A DNA stretch of 27,491 nt from Halobacteriaceae archaeon. Its GTDB lineage: Archaea; Halobacteriota; Halobacteria; Halobacteriales; Halobacteriaceae. Location: NCBI GenBank assembly GCA_042216675.1, contig JBDGTS010000014.1, positions 1 to 27,491 on the forward strand, given 5' to 3'. Under the pieces are notes generated by a model. It was not told where the DNA came from, did not search any database, and worked only from the letters and a program-made list of their open reading frames with translations. A program made the translations under genes and the position numbers. Shown one piece after another: positions 24,789-27,491 of this stretch (the first letter of the stretch is position 1; each line of letters opens with the position of its first letter).

Positions 24789-25580
24789 ATGCGCTCCGAG
24801 CCACGAGGGAATGCGTTGCGCGAGACACTCGACGCCGGCGAACCCGCGTTCGGCGTGCTGGACAACGTGTACAGCCCGACCGTCGTGGAACTGTTGGGCG
24901 AACTCGGCTTCGACTTCGTCTGGGTCGACTACGAACACGCGGGCCCGTCGCCGTGGGACGCCGACGAGGTAGCCGACATGCTCCGCGCGGCGGACGCCAG
25001 CGGCACCGAACTGCTCGTCCGTATCCCCGACGCCGACCCGTCGCTCGTCCGGAAAGCGCTCGACGCGGGCGTCCGCAACCTCTTCGTCTCCCGGGTCGAG
25101 ACGGCCGAACAGGCCGAACGCGCCGTCGAGGCGGCCCGCTTCACCCACGACGGAGAGCCCGGAACCCGGGGGATGGCCGGTCCGCGCGCGGCGAAGTGGG
25201 GCACCGTCGCCGACTACCCCGCGGTGGAGGACCGCGAAACCGTCGTCGGCGTCACAGTCGAGACGATGCGCGGCGTCGAGAACATCGAGGAAATCGTCGA
25301 CGTGCCCGACCTCGGCTTCGTCTTCGCCGGTCCGAACGACCTCTCGGTGTCGCTCGGGCACCCCGGCGAGGTGAACCACGACGACGTACAGGCGGCGGTC
25401 GAGACGATTCGGACGGCGTGTCGCGCGAACGACGTGCCCGTCGGCAACCTCACCTTCGGCATGGAGGATGTGCAGGCGAAAGTCGCCGAGGGCTACCAGA
25501 TTCTGAACGTCGGGAGCGCGACGGGCGCCATCCGGGGCCAACTGGGCGACTGGCACGCCCGCTACCGCGACTCGGAGTGA
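24789..25580 (+). CDS. HpcH/HpaI aldolase family protein
   Basis: GFDFVWVDYEHA, LVRIP, KALDAG, VETMRGVENIEEIVDVP...FAGPNDLSVSLG; SD-like GAGGTG upstream. Confidence 0.9.
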   Translation: MRSEPRGNALRETLDAGEPAFGVLDNVYSPTVVELLGELGFDFVWVDYEHAGPSPWDADEVADMLRAADASGTELLVRIPDADPSLVRKALDAGVRNLFVSRVETAEQAERAVEAARFTHDGEPGTRGMAGPRAAKWGTVADYPAVEDRETVVGVTVETMRGVENIEEIVDVPDLGFVFAGPNDLSVSLGHPGEVNHDDVQAAVETIRTACRANDVPVGNLTFGMEDVQAKVAEGYQILNVGSATGAIRGQLGDWHARYRDSE

Positions 25581-25581
25581 G

Positions 25582-26244
25582 ATGTCACCCGCCGTCAGTT
25601 TCGTCGTGCCCGCGAAGGACGAGGCGGCGACGCTCCCACGGACCCTCGACAGCATCGCCGCACAGGAGACGACTCGCGAGACGGAAGTCGTCGTCGCCGA
25701 CGGGGACAGCGACGACGCCACGCCCGAAATCGCGCGCGACCACGGCGCCCGCGTCGTCCATCAGCGACGGGGCGGTATCGGCCGCGGGCGCCACCTCGGC
25801 GCCGAGGCCGCGGAGGGCGACTGGCTGGTCTTCGTCGACGCGGACACCGCGCTCCGCCCGTGGCACCTCGACACGATGCTCGCGTACGTCGAGAGCGAGG
25901 GGCTGACGGCCGCCTCCTCGCGGTGTCGCATCGACGGTCCCCGACGCGCGAAGGTGATGGAGGCCGTCATCAACCACGTCTTCCCCCGATTCGACCGGCC
26001 GATTCTCCCCGGCTTCAATTTCGTCGTGGACCGCGAGACGTACTTCGCGGCCGGCGGCTTCCCCGACGTGCCAAACGAGGACACGGCGTTCAGCCGCCGC
26101 CTCGCGCGGACCGAGCCGACGGGGTACTGTCCGGCGGTCCTCGCCGACACGTCGGGGCGCCGCATCGCCCGCACCGGCCTCACCGGGACCCTCGCGCACT
26201 ACCTCCGCCTCGACGCCGGACGGCTGTGGGCGACCAAACGCTAA
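25582..26244 (+). CDS. Glycosyltransferase family 2
   Basis: VSFVVPAKDE, VVADGDSDDAT, WLVFVDADT (DxD), GGFPDVPNED. Confidence 0.9.
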   Translation: MSPAVSFVVPAKDEAATLPRTLDSIAAQETTRETEVVVADGDSDDATPEIARDHGARVVHQRRGGIGRGRHLGAEAAEGDWLVFVDADTALRPWHLDTMLAYVESEGLTAASSRCRIDGPRRAKVMEAVINHVFPRFDRPILPGFNFVVDRETYFAAGGFPDVPNEDTAFSRRLARTEPTGYCPAVLADTSGRRIARTGLTGTLAHYLRLDAGRLWATKR

Positions 26245-26269
26245 TCCCCCCGCCGGCCGTGGGAGTGGC

Positions 26270-27491
26270 ATGGCAGTCGCACGCGTGGTCGAACTGGCGG
26301 GCCACATCATCGACTCCAACACGCTCGCCCGCTGTTTCAACATCGTGATGGACATGGGGGGCTCCTTCGAGGTGGAGGAGTTCGAGGTGGGCAGGCACGA
26401 GACGGACCCCTCCTACTGCCGCCTCCGCGTCGAGGCCGATACCGAGGCGGACCTGCGGAGCATCGTCCACGAACTCCACCAGAACGGCGCGAACATTCCC
26501 AACCCCGTCGACGCGACGCTCGAACCCGCGCCCGCGGACCGCGTCGTGCCCGAGGGCTTCTACTCCACGACGAACCACGCGACCGAGGTGCGCGTCGACG
26601 GCGAGTGGCTCACCGTCGAGCACATCGAGATGGACTGCGCGGTGGTCGTGGATCGCGAGGCCGGCCGCGCGGAGACGAAAACGCTCCACGCCGTCGAGGC
26701 GGGCGACCTCGTCGTCACTGGCGAGACGGGCATCCGCGTCAGTCCGCCGGACCGACCCCGGGATTCGAGTGGCCCCTTCGGCTTCATGCGCGGCGGCGTC
26801 TCCAGCGAGCGTCCCTCGGAGTCGCTCATCGCGGACGTGGCCGAGGCCATCGCGGAGACGCGCGCCGAGGGCGGGTCCACCCTCGTCGTCGCCGGTCCGG
26901 CACTCATCCACGCCGGCGCGGGGGCGGACCTCGCGCGCCTCGTCCGGGCAGGCTACGTCGACATGCTCTCGGCGGGCAACGGCTTCGCCGTCCACGACAT
27001 CGAGACGAGCGTCTACGGCACCTCGCTGGGGATGAACGTCGAGACGATGGAGCACCCGCGCCACGGTCACAAACACCACATCTACACCATCAGCGAGGTC
27101 ATCCGCGCCGGCGGCATCTCGGAGGCAGTCGAGGCGGGCCTCATCGACGAGGGCGTGATGTACGAGTGCGTCGAGAACGACGTGCCCTACGTCCTCGCCG
27201 GGTCGATTCGGGACGACGGTCCCCTGCCGGACACCATCACCGACAGCGTCGAGGCCCAGAACGCCATCCGCGAACAGGCCCGCGAGGCCGACCTCGTCGT
27301 GATGCTCGCGACGCTGCTCCACTCCGTCGCCGTCGGGAACTGTCTCCCCTCGGACACGCGCGTCGTCTGCGTCGACATCGACCCCGCGACGGTGACCCAA
27401 CTGCTGGACCGCGGAAGCGCGCAGGCCATCGGCATGGTCACGGATGTGGGCGCGTTCGTGCCGCTACTGGCGGAGGAACTGCTGGAGGAGT
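26270..27491 (+). CDS. TIGR00300 / LOR-SDH-domain protein (ornithine cyclodeaminase-like); stop probably at the window edge
   Basis: Not in the ORF track. Manual translation: MAVARVVELAGHIIDS...PEGFYSTTNH...EMDC...FGFMRGGVSSERP...GNGFAVHDIE...LAGSIRDDGPLPD...LHSVAVGN...LLDRGSAQAIGMVTDVG. Confidence 0.88.
   Translation, partial: MAVARVVELAGHIIDSNTLARCFNIVMDMGGSFEVEEFEVGRHETDPSYCRLRVEADTEADLRSIVHELHQNGANIPNPVDATLEPAPADRVVPEGFYSTTNHATEVRVDGEWLTVEHIEMDCAVVVDREAGRAETKTLHAVEAGDLVVTGETGIRVSPPDRPRDSSGPFGFMRGGVSSERPSESLIADVAEAIAETRAEGGSTLVVAGPALIHAGAGADLARLVRAGYVDMLSAGNGFAVHDIETSVYGTSLGMNVETMEHPRHGHKHHIYTISEVIRAGGISEAVEAGLIDEGVMYECVENDVPYVLAGSIRDDGPLPDTITDSVEAQNAIREQAREADLVVMLATLLHSVAVGNCLPSDTRVVCVDIDPATVTQLLDRGSAQAIGMVTDVGAFVPLLAEELLEE

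Noticed and set aside
1-27491. CRISPR arrays, IS elements, integrases, tRNA/rRNA, inteins
   Set aside because: No regularly spaced repeats, transposase or integrase motifs, cloverleafs or oversized conserved genes were seen by eye. A tRNAscan/Infernal run would be needed to exclude small RNAs.

Overview
GC-rich, gene-dense chromosomal window from a halophilic archaeon (class Halobacteria). This assignment is inferred from the acidic proteins, bacterioruberin genes, archaeal translation and transcription factors, and TATA-like boxes about 25-30 nt upstream of start codons. About 34 CDSs are supported: ilvD (partial), a beta-RFAP synthase-like gene, a RAD55/KaiC-like pseudo-ATPase followed by two Cys-rich unknowns and tfs, a ZIP-like transporter, the crtD-lyeJ-cruF/crtB carotenoid cluster, a Tat-lipoprotein rhodanese, two USPs, msrB, a frameshifted MFS transporter, aIF2-beta(TRAM), YwbE-like, a BtrH-like papain-fold protein, aIF1A, an Mqo-like oxidoreductase, a methyltransferase, csp, ychF, a heliorhodopsin followed by a PPOX-like flavin/F420-binding protein, a GIY-YIG-like protein and a histidine phosphatase, then an HpcH aldolase, a GT2 and a TIGR00300-type protein (partial). 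No rRNA, tRNA, CRISPR array or IS element was seen. The best candidate for an undescribed system is the heliorhodopsin / PPOX-like / GIY-YIG-like / phosphatase run (21724-24594). The second is the pseudo-ATPase / RHH-coiled-coil-Zn / Cys4 / TFS cluster (2373-4735). All family calls come from motif recognition by eye; no database search was run.
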